Shown here: in pieces, positions 44,515 through 54,391 of the stretch
How positions within the stretch are numbered: the stretch's first letter is position 1
Layout of the letters: each line of letters starts with the position of its first letter
IMG/VR virus record: IMGVR_UViG_3300050123_000043
Coordinates: 1 to 64,000 of that record
Reading direction: 5' to 3' (one strand)
DNA from: a virus
Lineage: Duplodnaviria; Caudoviricetes
Length of the DNA stretch: 64,000 bases
Notes under the pieces: generated by a model
The model's input: only the letters and a program-made list of their open reading frames with translations
Database searches by the model: none
What the model was told of the DNA's origin: nothing
Translations under genes and position numbers: made by a program

Positions 44515-47500
44515 GTGGCAAATCGTTCTAAAAGTATATCACAGACAATAAAGGGTATGATCTGGGACCTGCATCCAATGCACTTCTCAGACGGCATGTA
44601 TGCTTTTGCTCAGAATGCTGTTGTAGAGGGTATTGATGGTAATGGTTTTCCGGTTTTGCAGAACGAACCAAGTAATACGCTTGGTGTCAATTTTCCTTCC
44701 GGCTCTACTGTAGTAGGGTTTACTGTTGTTCCCGAACAAAGTCGTATTATTTGGATGTTAGCCTTTCCTGAAACAGGAATGTCTGAAATAGGAGAAACCC
44801 TAAATCCTGATATTTGTCGTCAGTTTGCTAAGAACGCCCTGGGAAGCTGTGATGATTGCTCTTTGAATTTATTGGAAACAACTCCTTTGGAAAGCGGTCC
44901 ACAAACCCCTTGTGCTAATTATACTACAATACAACCAGACGCATGTCTTAATTTTACTACTGCATTTCCTGTAACATCCAGTACATATAGGTTAACAGAC
45001 TGTACTTTACAATTGGTGTTTACTGATGCTAATAATGCAAGAAGATATTTGGAATTTAATTACGTAAATGATGATCCTACGCAAGGATTGGTTATAAGAA
45101 ACATTTTTTATCAAATAATTGGTTTTGCAAACCCTCCTTGTGATAATCCTATATATGGTCCTAATTTAGATTGTAATGCTTTAAACATACAGCCTAATTT
45201 TGAAACACCTTGTATTCAGTTTGACGGTTTAACGGGGGGAGGATCTAACCTGGCCGGGGTATATCAGTTCTTTATTGCAATGTCTGATATTAACGGAGTT
45301 ACCCTTTCTTCTTATTTATCGGCTACAAACCCAATACCTATTTTTACTAAGGCGGTTACTGTTGCTACAAATTATCCTACAGACCGGTCAATAAAGTTGA
45401 CGATTGAGAATTTGGACCCAACTGGAGCATTTCAATATTATACTCTTGCTGTTGCAAAAACTATTGATGGAGTAACTTCATTCTTTTTAGTGGGGAACTT
45501 CCCTGTTACTCAAACACTATATACCTACACAGGAAACAACCCATCTGAAATACCTTTAACAGCAGAGGTTATTTTTGCTTTATACCCATATTATGAAACT
45601 GCTGGAACAGTAGGGCAATCAAATGGTATATTGTTTTTTGGAAATGTTAAAGAATATCCTAGACCAAATCTTCAAAGGGTTGCAAATGAAATTATCCTTC
45701 AATGGCAAACAATTGCCATACCTGAAGAAGTTTATTATGACCCAAACAACGTTGTAGAGTTTAGGAGTGCCATGAGAGATGAGGTTTACCCTTATGGTAT
45801 TCAATTTATCTGGGCGTGGGGTGATGAATCAAACGCATATCATATACCGGGTCGTGTAGCAATAGCTTCTGATTTGGAAATAATAACTAATGATGACGTT
45901 GTATCCCCAGATAATTGTTCAGGAACCCCTTTAGATCAAAGATGGCAGGTATATAATACGGCTACTATTTTAGGTGGAGATCTTTCTATTTATAATGGTT
46001 GTATAGAATCTTGTTATCAATATGGAGATTTCTCTTATTGGGAATCAACCGAAACTTATCCAAACCTTCCTTTAATTTGGGGAGAACTTTGTGGTTTCCC
46101 TATTCGTCATCATAAATTTCCTGATTCATTAGTTACCCATATTCATAATCGTCAGAACGGGACTGTTGATGCATCTGGGGCAACTTTTCATCAGAATAAT
46201 ATTGTATATCCTATTGGGGTTAAGGTAGATCATGATAGTGTTAGAGCGGCAATAGCAAACGCGGTTACCCTGGGGTTAATAACGGCTACTGATGCTGCAA
46301 ATATAGTCGGTTACAGAATTTTGAGGGGGAACAGGGTTGGTAATAAATCGGTAATTGCAAAAGGTTTACTATATGATGTTAACCAATATCAAAGAGTTGA
46401 TATGGGGAATGGTAATAATTCTGTTGTTGACCTGGAACCTATTTTCTTTGCTAATTATCCATATAATGATTTAAGGTCAAATCCTTTTTTGACAAATAAC
46501 TTTGAGAACTATGCGTTAAATAATATACCAGAGGGTCCTGATTTACCTTTTACCTTTTCTAATAGATACACCTTCCATTCCCCTGACACTCATTTTAATC
46601 AACCTGGGCTTGGTACAGAGTTAAAATTGGAGACTGTAGAATACGGACAGTCACAAGGATTTTATAATAAATGTCAAAAACAACCTAAAGAAAAATTATT
46701 ATCTGAGTTTTCTTATGGTCTTGCTTTTACTGGCGGTACCGCTCTTGCGATAGCGAAATTGGCTCCTCCAAGAACCTCTTCATATACGGTAAAAGGAACT
46801 ATTGAAACAACAGGTACTATACCAGAGATGCAGTTTGCAGATGGTACTTCTTCTACCACCCTTCCATCAACTCCGGCAGATTATGATTTAATGGCAAAAC
46901 ATTTACCTCTTGCTGATAATACAATTTTGGATAGAGGGTTTGGTACTAAAACATATGATCCGTTAATTGCCGATGAGTATACTATTGTAAATACACCTTC
47001 TGCTGTGTTTCAAAATCTTAGCCCAACTGCGGCAGATGCTATTGGACAGGGTTCAGATAACCCTGATATGGCTGCTCTTGGGGTATTTGCTTCTGCACTG
47101 GGTATTATAGGTTTATTAGGAGGATTAGTATTTATACTTAGTCAGATATTATCTGAAATGACTGTGATACTTGATCTTATAGATGCTCTTGTTCCTTATA
47201 AAGATTGGGCGATTCAATATAATTCGATTGGAAAATATAATGAATATACAACAGTCGCAAACGATAATGGAGTTAAAAGAAGAGTTATTTCAGCTTGGGA
47301 TTATTTAGATGATACAAATCAATTTGTAAATGAACCAGTAGATCCAATAACAGGATTATTTGATGCTATTAAATTTAATAACCTATATAGAGAAGACTCT
47401 GTTTATTTAAAATACGCAGGAGACGCTTTTCCAGATGCGGGAACATCTTCTGGAATTGTAGATACAAGTAGGACGAGATTATCTGATTTCCCTTTTAATT

Positions 47501-49584
47501 GTACACTAAATGTTCCAAAGTATGAACCAATTTCTTCTTATTATGCGTCTATTAAAAATTATATTCCCGATCAATATGGGACGATTTATAATATTCAATA
47601 TTTAAGAACAGGTTCTTGTGCGTTCGATATGAATGTTCCGAATAGTTTATGTCGCGGAGTGTATGGTGGGGATACTTTTATAAGTAGATTTGCGCTTAAA
47701 ATAAAAGTTCCTTATTTTTTATCAACTGCTTTTGAGCTTCCTGATGGAACAGATTTTGATTATTCTCAGATAACAAATCTTGCTTATCCAAGATATTATT
47801 TTAATAATACACCAACCGTAGGATCTGGTATAGCTGGTTTATCTATTGCTACTTTTACAAGTATTATTTCCAGTATAGCGTCTATTTATGAAGCATTAGG
47901 AGGCCCAAGTAGTATAAGAGATTGTGCAAGTTCGAATTTATTTGAACAGATTGGATATATTTATCTATATCATTATGGTATTCCATTCTTTTTTGCTGAA
48001 TCCGATTATGATGTTGATTATAGATATGCGATAGATAATTTAGCAGGGGACTTTTACCCTCATCAGGGAGATCTTGATTTTTGGTTACAGGAAATAAACG
48101 TTCCTATAACTGAACCAAATCAGTATCATTATAATAATACTTATTCTAAACAGAATACAGAAACTTCAATTGCCATAGACGCTCCTAACTTTATGCCTGG
48201 TAGAGCGTGTACTGTGAATTTTCCAAATAGAATTATTTCATCGGATAATCAAAATTGGTTTACATTTCCGGCAAATGATTTCTTTGATAATCCTTTAACC
48301 GATGGTACTATTATTTCCATAGACGGTATAGAAAACCAAACAGTGCTTGTTCGTAGTTTAAATAAAACAAGTATTTTTAAATCAATTTTAAGAACAGTAG
48401 TAGATGGGCAGACGGTCCAGATTGGAAACGGGGGAGTATTCGCCAACCCTCCACAAGACTTTGGTACAACAACGCTAGGTTATATTGGAACTCAAAACAG
48501 AGGAATCTTACATACTGAATATGGTCATATTTGGGCAGATGCAAAAAGAGGCCAGGTATTTAATATGGCAACTGGAGCATCAGGGGTAGATGAAATTTCT
48601 AAAGATGGAATGAAAAACTGGTTTAAAGAGAATTTACCGTTTCGTTTGCTTAGAGACTTCGCTAACATGCCTGAAACCGATATAGATAATAACTTTGTAG
48701 GAGTCGGATTAATTTATTCTTTTGATAAAAGAAATAATAAATTCGCAATGACAAAGCGTGATTGGAGTGTTACTAATCCAAATGTATTCTATGATTCTAC
48801 CTTAAAACAATTTTATATTTTATCAGGTAATACCCACATACCGGTAGCGTTAGGAGATCCAAAATTCTTTAAGGACTGTTCGTGGACGGTCTCTTATAAC
48901 TTCTTTACTAAGTCTTGGGTATCGTTCCATTCATATAAACCAGATTACTATATTGACTTTATTGACTTCTTTAGTTCAGGTATAAACACACCTACCGGTA
49001 GCAGTTATTGGATACATGATTTATTTAATGGAAGTTACCAGGTGTTTTATGGAAAACTGTTTCCTTTTATTGTGGAACCTGTGGCTAAGTTTGAAGAACA
49101 ACTGAAAATGCTTGGTAGCCAAGAGTTTGATACAGAAGTGAGACGTTATTCAAATGAATTTGATTATACACTTAAAAAGGACATTCCTGGATTCAATAAA
49201 GCTATTGTATATAATGATTTTTATAATAGTGGTTTAAACCACTTAGTAAAGGTAGATAAAAACGACTTTAGTAAATCAGGATCATATCCGATAAAAGGAT
49301 TTAATCACTGGGATATTGAAGTTGCTGCCGCAAATTATAAATGGAGATTTAACCAGTTTTATGCTTTAAATAAAGATAACACCGAAATTCCATTCTGGCT
49401 ATATGCTGGCAATAATGAAGAAAAGACATTAAATCATTTAGCGTTTAACTATCTTAAAAACGATTATGATCTTTCCCGGTTAAGAGGACAGTGGTTTAAG
49501 ACAAGACTTATAAATGATTCATTGAGTAATTATAAGATCATTTTTAAATTTAATAAAAACGATCAAACCTTACAATTTAGATAA
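44515..49584 (+). CDS. Tail stabilization/muzzle protein (P22 gp10-like)
   Basis: 1689 aa; NEPSN, MRDEVY, IRHHKFP, GGDTFI and WVSFHSY motifs; GTG start. Confidence 0.75.
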   Translation: MANRSKSISQTIKGMIWDLHPMHFSDGMYAFAQNAVVEGIDGNGFPVLQNEPSNTLGVNFPSGSTVVGFTVVPEQSRIIWMLAFPETGMSEIGETLNPDICRQFAKNALGSCDDCSLNLLETTPLESGPQTPCANYTTIQPDACLNFTTAFPVTSSTYRLTDCTLQLVFTDANNARRYLEFNYVNDDPTQGLVIRNIFYQIIGFANPPCDNPIYGPNLDCNALNIQPNFETPCIQFDGLTGGGSNLAGVYQFFIAMSDINGVTLSSYLSATNPIPIFTKAVTVATNYPTDRSIKLTIENLDPTGAFQYYTLAVAKTIDGVTSFFLVGNFPVTQTLYTYTGNNPSEIPLTAEVIFALYPYYETAGTVGQSNGILFFGNVKEYPRPNLQRVANEIILQWQTIAIPEEVYYDPNNVVEFRSAMRDEVYPYGIQFIWAWGDESNAYHIPGRVAIASDLEIITNDDVVSPDNCSGTPLDQRWQVYNTATILGGDLSIYNGCIESCYQYGDFSYWESTETYPNLPLIWGELCGFPIRHHKFPDSLVTHIHNRQNGTVDASGATFHQNNIVYPIGVKVDHDSVRAAIANAVTLGLITATDAANIVGYRILRGNRVGNKSVIAKGLLYDVNQYQRVDMGNGNNSVVDLEPIFFANYPYNDLRSNPFLTNNFENYALNNIPEGPDLPFTFSNRYTFHSPDTHFNQPGLGTELKLETVEYGQSQGFYNKCQKQPKEKLLSEFSYGLAFTGGTALAIAKLAPPRTSSYTVKGTIETTGTIPEMQFADGTSSTTLPSTPADYDLMAKHLPLADNTILDRGFGTKTYDPLIADEYTIVNTPSAVFQNLSPTAADAIGQGSDNPDMAALGVFASALGIIGLLGGLVFILSQILSEMTVILDLIDALVPYKDWAIQYNSIGKYNEYTTVANDNGVKRRVISAWDYLDDTNQFVNEPVDPITGLFDAIKFNNLYREDSVYLKYAGDAFPDAGTSSGIVDTSRTRLSDFPFNCTLNVPKYEPISSYYASIKNYIPDQYGTIYNIQYLRTGSCAFDMNVPNSLCRGVYGGDTFISRFALKIKVPYFLSTAFELPDGTDFDYSQITNLAYPRYYFNNTPTVGSGIAGLSIATFTSIISSIASIYEALGGPSSIRDCASSNLFEQIGYIYLYHYGIPFFFAESDYDVDYRYAIDNLAGDFYPHQGDLDFWLQEINVPITEPNQYHYNNTYSKQNTETSIAIDAPNFMPGRACTVNFPNRIISSDNQNWFTFPANDFFDNPLTDGTIISIDGIENQTVLVRSLNKTSIFKSILRTVVDGQTVQIGNGGVFANPPQDFGTTTLGYIGTQNRGILHTEYGHIWADAKRGQVFNMATGASGVDEISKDGMKNWFKENLPFRLLRDFANMPETDIDNNFVGVGLIYSFDKRNNKFAMTKRDWSVTNPNVFYDSTLKQFYILSGNTHIPVALGDPKFFKDCSWTVSYNFFTKSWVSFHSYKPDYYIDFIDFFSSGINTPTGSSYWIHDLFNGSYQVFYGKLFPFIVEPVAKFEEQLKMLGSQEFDTEVRRYSNEFDYTLKKDIPGFNKAIVYNDFYNSGLNHLVKVDKNDFSKSGSYPIKGFNHWDIEVAAANYKWRFNQFYALNKDNTEIPFWLYAGNNEEKTLNHLAFNYLKNDYDLSRLRGQWFKTRLINDSLSNYKIIFKFNKNDQTLQFR

Positions 49585-49585
49585 G

Positions 49586-50665
49586 ATGCCAGATACTAGC
49601 GGAACAAATTATAGTTTTTTAAATGATTATATTTCTAAAATAATTGGAGACTCTGATAAAGTTGACAACAATGTTTCAGAAGAGGATGATGATCATTTTT
49701 ATGATGTTCCTGATGAGGATGACACCTCTGATGAGAATAATGATATTCAGTATAGTATGAATTCTAATGAGGATGACAATTCTGATGAAGGCGCAAGATT
49801 AGCTAATGATTATCTTCATGAAACTGGTGATCCGGATACTACCGATAGTGACTATGACACTGAAGATGATACTGATCAGGATTCTATTTATGGGCAAGGC
49901 GATACGGGAAGTTATTCTGATAGTGCTCCTTCAAACCCTGACTATTCATACGTTAGTAGAAATGAAGATCCTGAAAACAGCGATTTAGGCTCTAAGATAG
50001 CGTCTAAAGAAAGTCAAGGGAAATATGCAGCGTTTAATTCAGCCGGTGGTGGGGCAGGGGCCGTTGGTAAGTATCAGTTTAGATGGAATATTTGGAAAGA
50101 TTCTATCCAAAAGGTAACCGGAGTAAAAAGTAAAGATGAGTTTTTAAATAACCCTAAAGCCCAGGAAAAATATTACGGTTGGTATGAAAAGAATTATTTA
50201 ATACCTGTTGCAAGGAAGTTACAACCTTATAATAAGAAAGGATTATCTGAAGACCAGATGGCTGAATTAGTTCATTTTAGAGGTGAAGACGGTGCCAAGA
50301 AGTATTTACAAGGAACTGCTTCAGATAAGCCAGAGAGGTATAATATGTCAACCTCCAAGTACATAGCTACTAAGCAACATGGTGGTGGGGGTGGAGGAGG
50401 AATGGGGGGAGGAGGCGGTGGACACGCAGGAGGTGGGGGAGGAATGGGCGTAGCAATGAGTGCTTCGGCTCAACATACTGGTTTAAACAATCCATCCTTT
50501 GATCATATGCTGTTTCCAATGCATGGTGAAAATGAATTTAGGGGATTGGATGATGGATCAGAAGTATACTTGGAGGATGAGTATGGGAAGAAGAAAAAGC
50601 TGAAAGGAAAGCATCATAAAACAACGATGAGAGGTCACGTATTTGAAACTCGTTTAAATAGATAA
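49586..50665 (+). CDS. Cargo protein with lysozyme-like domain
   Basis: IASKES.G.Y..N..GAVGKYQF..FLNNPKAQE; acidic N-terminus; poly-Gly linker. Confidence 0.7.
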   Translation: MPDTSGTNYSFLNDYISKIIGDSDKVDNNVSEEDDDHFYDVPDEDDTSDENNDIQYSMNSNEDDNSDEGARLANDYLHETGDPDTTDSDYDTEDDTDQDSIYGQGDTGSYSDSAPSNPDYSYVSRNEDPENSDLGSKIASKESQGKYAAFNSAGGGAGAVGKYQFRWNIWKDSIQKVTGVKSKDEFLNNPKAQEKYYGWYEKNYLIPVARKLQPYNKKGLSEDQMAELVHFRGEDGAKKYLQGTASDKPERYNMSTSKYIATKQHGGGGGGGMGGGGGGHAGGGGGMGVAMSASAQHTGLNNPSFDHMLFPMHGENEFRGLDDGSEVYLEDEYGKKKKLKGKHHKTTMRGHVFETRLNR

Positions 50666-50667
50666 TT

Positions 50668-52149
50668 ATGGCAAAGAAATGGAAACGTCAAACAGGCGGT
50701 AATAAAAGAGATGTACATTTTATAAAAATGAGCATATCTCAGGCACAACAGGGGGGTTTTGTACCTAAAGAAGATCCTAATAATCCAGGGTTTGATCTGC
50801 AAGGTAATCCTATTACCCGTTCTTCTCAAGATTATCCAGAATTAGAACAAAATCCAGATGCCAATATAGATGTTACAGGTAATCTTGCAGCACAACAAAG
50901 ACAACAAAGACAACAGCAGGGGAATGCTCCTAATCAGCCTCCTAAAAAAATAGCTTTTCTTGATAGTCCTCAAGGTAAGACCCTTAATCAAGGTATTAGA
51001 GGAATTACTGATGTGTCTAATTCTATTCAAAATAACAAATTACAACATCAGGAAAAACTTCAGTTAAATGAAAGCATGACTCCTAGATTCATGCCTAATC
51101 CTAACTCCCAGGGGGCTAATAACGCTCCTGCCTATACGAAGTATGGTGGGGAAATGAAGATGGGAGGTCCGATTTCACACGGTTCACCAATAGGGGTTGT
51201 TGATTCTAATTCAGGCGGTCCTGGACTAGATGAATCAATGTACGAAGGTATTAATCATGATAGTTTTTATGGACAGGATATGATTTATAGTGGAGAAATG
51301 CCAAGATACCGGGCAGGTGGTACTGTTTCTGCTGATAAAGCTAAAGAAATCCTTCGTGACGGTACAGCCCAGGGACATCCTTTGACTGATAAACAGAAAA
51401 GATATTTTGGATGGATTGCGGGTGGTTCTAAACAAGCAGGTGGATATTACGCTCAAAACGGAACTCAGGCACCGCCTCCAGCAAATGTCCCAGGAGGACA
51501 AGACGTTGTTGATCCTTCTAAACTTACTGATGAATATTATATTCAAAATCAACTACTTCAACAGGATAAAGAGATGCTTAATAATAAATTAAAAGCAAAA
51601 AATCCTCAAGGATACGCTAAATATTTTTCAGGAATGCAAGCCTCTGAAAAAGCGGGTCATAGTCGTGAAGATTATGTTCAAGGTTCTGATTACAATGATT
51701 ATTTATCCCCTGAAGAGGTAAAAAGCGCATTTCCTAATCCTAATGATTATAATAAATATATTAATAGTTTAAAGTCTGTAAATAGTTTCAATGTACAACA
51801 GGGACAAAAACCCCTGTATGGTAATATTGAAGGTGAACAACAAGATCCCACTAAGATTAATTATGGAAGAAGGGCTGCAAGTGTTCAAACCTCTCATCAA
51901 TATGCTCAAAAGATTGGAAATTATAATAGAGATTATAAATATAATCCTCAAACACAAGGGGTTGATATTAGCGAAAGCGGTGATCTTTCTAAAAGACCTT
52001 CACAGTTTAAACCTATACAGCAACCTCAGCAACAGCAACAAGTTGCATCAAGACAAACCGGAGGATACTCTGTTGGAGATGAAGTTGAATTAAGTGCTCA
52101 GGAAATTAAGGAGTTGAAGAAACAAGGATACAAAATAGAAAACATATAA
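50668..52149 (+). CDS. Putative cargo/ejection protein
   Basis: Q/N-rich, repeated xxGG motifs; position. Confidence 0.55.
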   Translation: MAKKWKRQTGGNKRDVHFIKMSISQAQQGGFVPKEDPNNPGFDLQGNPITRSSQDYPELEQNPDANIDVTGNLAAQQRQQRQQQGNAPNQPPKKIAFLDSPQGKTLNQGIRGITDVSNSIQNNKLQHQEKLQLNESMTPRFMPNPNSQGANNAPAYTKYGGEMKMGGPISHGSPIGVVDSNSGGPGLDESMYEGINHDSFYGQDMIYSGEMPRYRAGGTVSADKAKEILRDGTAQGHPLTDKQKRYFGWIAGGSKQAGGYYAQNGTQAPPPANVPGGQDVVDPSKLTDEYYIQNQLLQQDKEMLNNKLKAKNPQGYAKYFSGMQASEKAGHSREDYVQGSDYNDYLSPEEVKSAFPNPNDYNKYINSLKSVNSFNVQQGQKPLYGNIEGEQQDPTKINYGRRAASVQTSHQYAQKIGNYNRDYKYNPQTQGVDISESGDLSKRPSQFKPIQQPQQQQQVASRQTGGYSVGDEVELSAQEIKELKKQGYKIENI

Positions 52150-52153
52150 CATA

Positions 52154-52558
52154 ATGAAAAAACAAAAAACCATAATAGAAATTGTTCCTTTAAATAAACA
52201 ACGTTATGAAACTTTGGGGGATTATTTTTATGATAAACAAGGTGTTAGACATTTTAAAATAACAGATACTGGCAATGAATTCTATAATGATCTAATTCTT
52301 GTGCATGAATTAATCGAAGAAATTCTTACAAGAGCAAAAGGTATAAGCGAGAAGACAATTTTAAGACATGACTTGGAATTTGAGAAACTTTTGAAAGACG
52401 GAAAAGTTGGTCCAGATGAAGAACCAGGAGAACATAAAAATTCTCCTTATAGACAAGAACATTTATTAGCAGAAATTGTTGAGAAGTTAATGTTGAATCA
52501 TTTGAATAGAGAAACATTTAAAGAGTATAACAGCAAACTTTATAAAATATTTGAATAA
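52154..52558 (+). CDS. HExxE metal-binding/peptidase-like protein
   Basis: RYETLGDY, VHELIE, EPG..SPY..H motifs. Confidence 0.55.
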   Translation: MKKQKTIIEIVPLNKQRYETLGDYFYDKQGVRHFKITDTGNEFYNDLILVHELIEEILTRAKGISEKTILRHDLEFEKLLKDGKVGPDEEPGEHKNSPYRQEHLLAEIVEKLMLNHLNRETFKEYNSKLYKIFE

Positions 52559-53847
52559 TGGGAACAGTTGAAATGATACCAGAGGGACTTAAAATTGACT
52601 TAAAAGAAAAAGTTGCTTTGGTTTATGACAATGGCTTGTTTGTGGAAATTGCTAAAACCCTTTCAAAGTCTTTTAAGAAAGTTTATTATTATATGCCCTG
52701 GAAGAACGGTTTCCCAAAATCAAATCAATATATAGTTGGTCAAGGTATTGAAGGGATAGAAAGAATTCATGACTTTTGGGATTATGTTGATAAAGCAGAT
52801 ATTTTTATTTTTCCTGATATTTACGATGGGGATCTTCAATTGGAGTTAGTAAGACAAGGTAAGAATGTATGGGGTGGTAGAAAGGGAGAAGACATGGAGC
52901 TTTATAGAGATCGTATGAAACGTTATATGAAAAGTGTTGGACTTTATGTAACTCCCTGGGTTTCTATAAAAGGTCTTACTAATTTAAGAGAATATTTAAA
53001 AGACAACCCTGATGTTTGGATAAAACAAAATGTAACGAGAGGGGATTTTGAAACAGCCCAGTCTAAATCATATGAAGAATTCGAACCTGTTCTTGATGAA
53101 TGGGAACACATGTTGGGAAAGGTAAAGGAGAATAAAGTATTTATTGTAGAAAAGAATTTAGAAGCTGTGGAAACAGGTCTTGACTGTTATACAATAGATG
53201 GGCAATATCCGAGTCAGACGTTATGTGGTATAGAAGTAAAAGATTTAGGTTATGTTGGCAAAGTTATGCCGTATGATGAAATCTCTGATAAGATTACGGA
53301 TTTTAATGATAAAATTATTGGTGCATTTAAAGCTTATAATTACAGAGGGTTTTTTAGTACTGAAATAAGAGTTAGCGAAAACAAACCCCCTTATATGGTT
53401 GACTTTTGTGCTCGTGCGGGTTCTCCTCCAAGTGAACTTTATCAGCTTATGTATAAAAATCTTGCTGAAATTATTTGGTACGGTGCTCAAGGTTTTATGA
53501 TTGATCCTATTGTTAAACACGCTTATGGCGTTGAGGCTCTTATTCATTCTTCCTGGGCAGATAAGAACTGGCAGAAAATTACTTTTCCACCGGAATATAG
53601 AAACAATATTAAATTAAGAAATGCTTGCGTTATTGATGGATGTTATTATGCGGTTCCGCAATCTGTGGGTCTTCCTGAGATTGGTGCCGTTGTTGGGGAA
53701 GGGGATACTATGGAAGAGGCTATTGAGCAGGTTAAGAAAATTGCTCAGACTATTTCTGGTCATTACGTAGAAATAAAAATTGAATCAATAGATAAAGCAC
53801 TTGAACAGTTTAATGAATTAAAAAAGTTTGATATTAAAATTATATAA
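52558..53847 (+). CDS. PurD-like ATP-grasp ligase
   Basis: ELYR..MK, FIVEK, YRGFFSTEIR, DFCARAGSPP motifs. Confidence 0.7.
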   Translation: MGTVEMIPEGLKIDLKEKVALVYDNGLFVEIAKTLSKSFKKVYYYMPWKNGFPKSNQYIVGQGIEGIERIHDFWDYVDKADIFIFPDIYDGDLQLELVRQGKNVWGGRKGEDMELYRDRMKRYMKSVGLYVTPWVSIKGLTNLREYLKDNPDVWIKQNVTRGDFETAQSKSYEEFEPVLDEWEHMLGKVKENKVFIVEKNLEAVETGLDCYTIDGQYPSQTLCGIEVKDLGYVGKVMPYDEISDKITDFNDKIIGAFKAYNYRGFFSTEIRVSENKPPYMVDFCARAGSPPSELYQLMYKNLAEIIWYGAQGFMIDPIVKHAYGVEALIHSSWADKNWQKITFPPEYRNNIKLRNACVIDGCYYAVPQSVGLPEIGAVVGEGDTMEEAIEQVKKIAQTISGHYVEIKIESIDKALEQFNELKKFDIKII

Positions 53848-53888
53848 TATGCAATAAATTTGTTATATTGTGACAAACTTTAAATATT

Positions 53889-54389
53889 ATGGGTAAAACT
53901 AAAAATACAACAGTTAAATGTAAAGAATGTAATAAAAAGTTTAGAAAACATTCTTGGACTAATCAAAGATTTTGTTCTCAACGTTGTTATTTTAAATATA
54001 TTAAAAAGAAAAAAAGAGTTGTTACTAATTGTGAAGTTTGTAATAAAGAATTAAGTCTTCATCGTTCTTTGATTAAGAGAAATAATTTGAATTATTGTAG
54101 CAGAGAATGTTATGACAATAGAAGAAAAGAAAATCTTAAAAGATTAAAAAGAGGAACAAAATATTATGATGATTTATTATCACTTTCTAAATGTAAATGT
54201 GGGGAGAATAAAAAATATTTATTACAAATACATCATGTAAATGGTAACCATAATGATAATTCTCCTATAAATTTAGAAATAGTTTGTGGGAATTGTCATA
54301 TAAAAAAACATTTAAAGAAAAATAAAAATAATGAGTGGTGTTATCATCCTAAATCATTAACTCCTTTAAAAGAGTTAAAAAATGTATAA
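53889..54389 (+). CDS. HNH endonuclease with Zn-ribbons
   Basis: CKEC/FCSQRC; IHHVNGNHNDN..NLEIVCGNCH. Confidence 0.85.
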   Translation: MGKTKNTTVKCKECNKKFRKHSWTNQRFCSQRCYFKYIKKKKRVVTNCEVCNKELSLHRSLIKRNNLNYCSRECYDNRRKENLKRLKRGTKYYDDLLSLSKCKCGENKKYLLQIHHVNGNHNDNSPINLEIVCGNCHIKKHLKKNKNNEWCYHPKSLTPLKELKNV

Positions 54390-54391
54390 TC

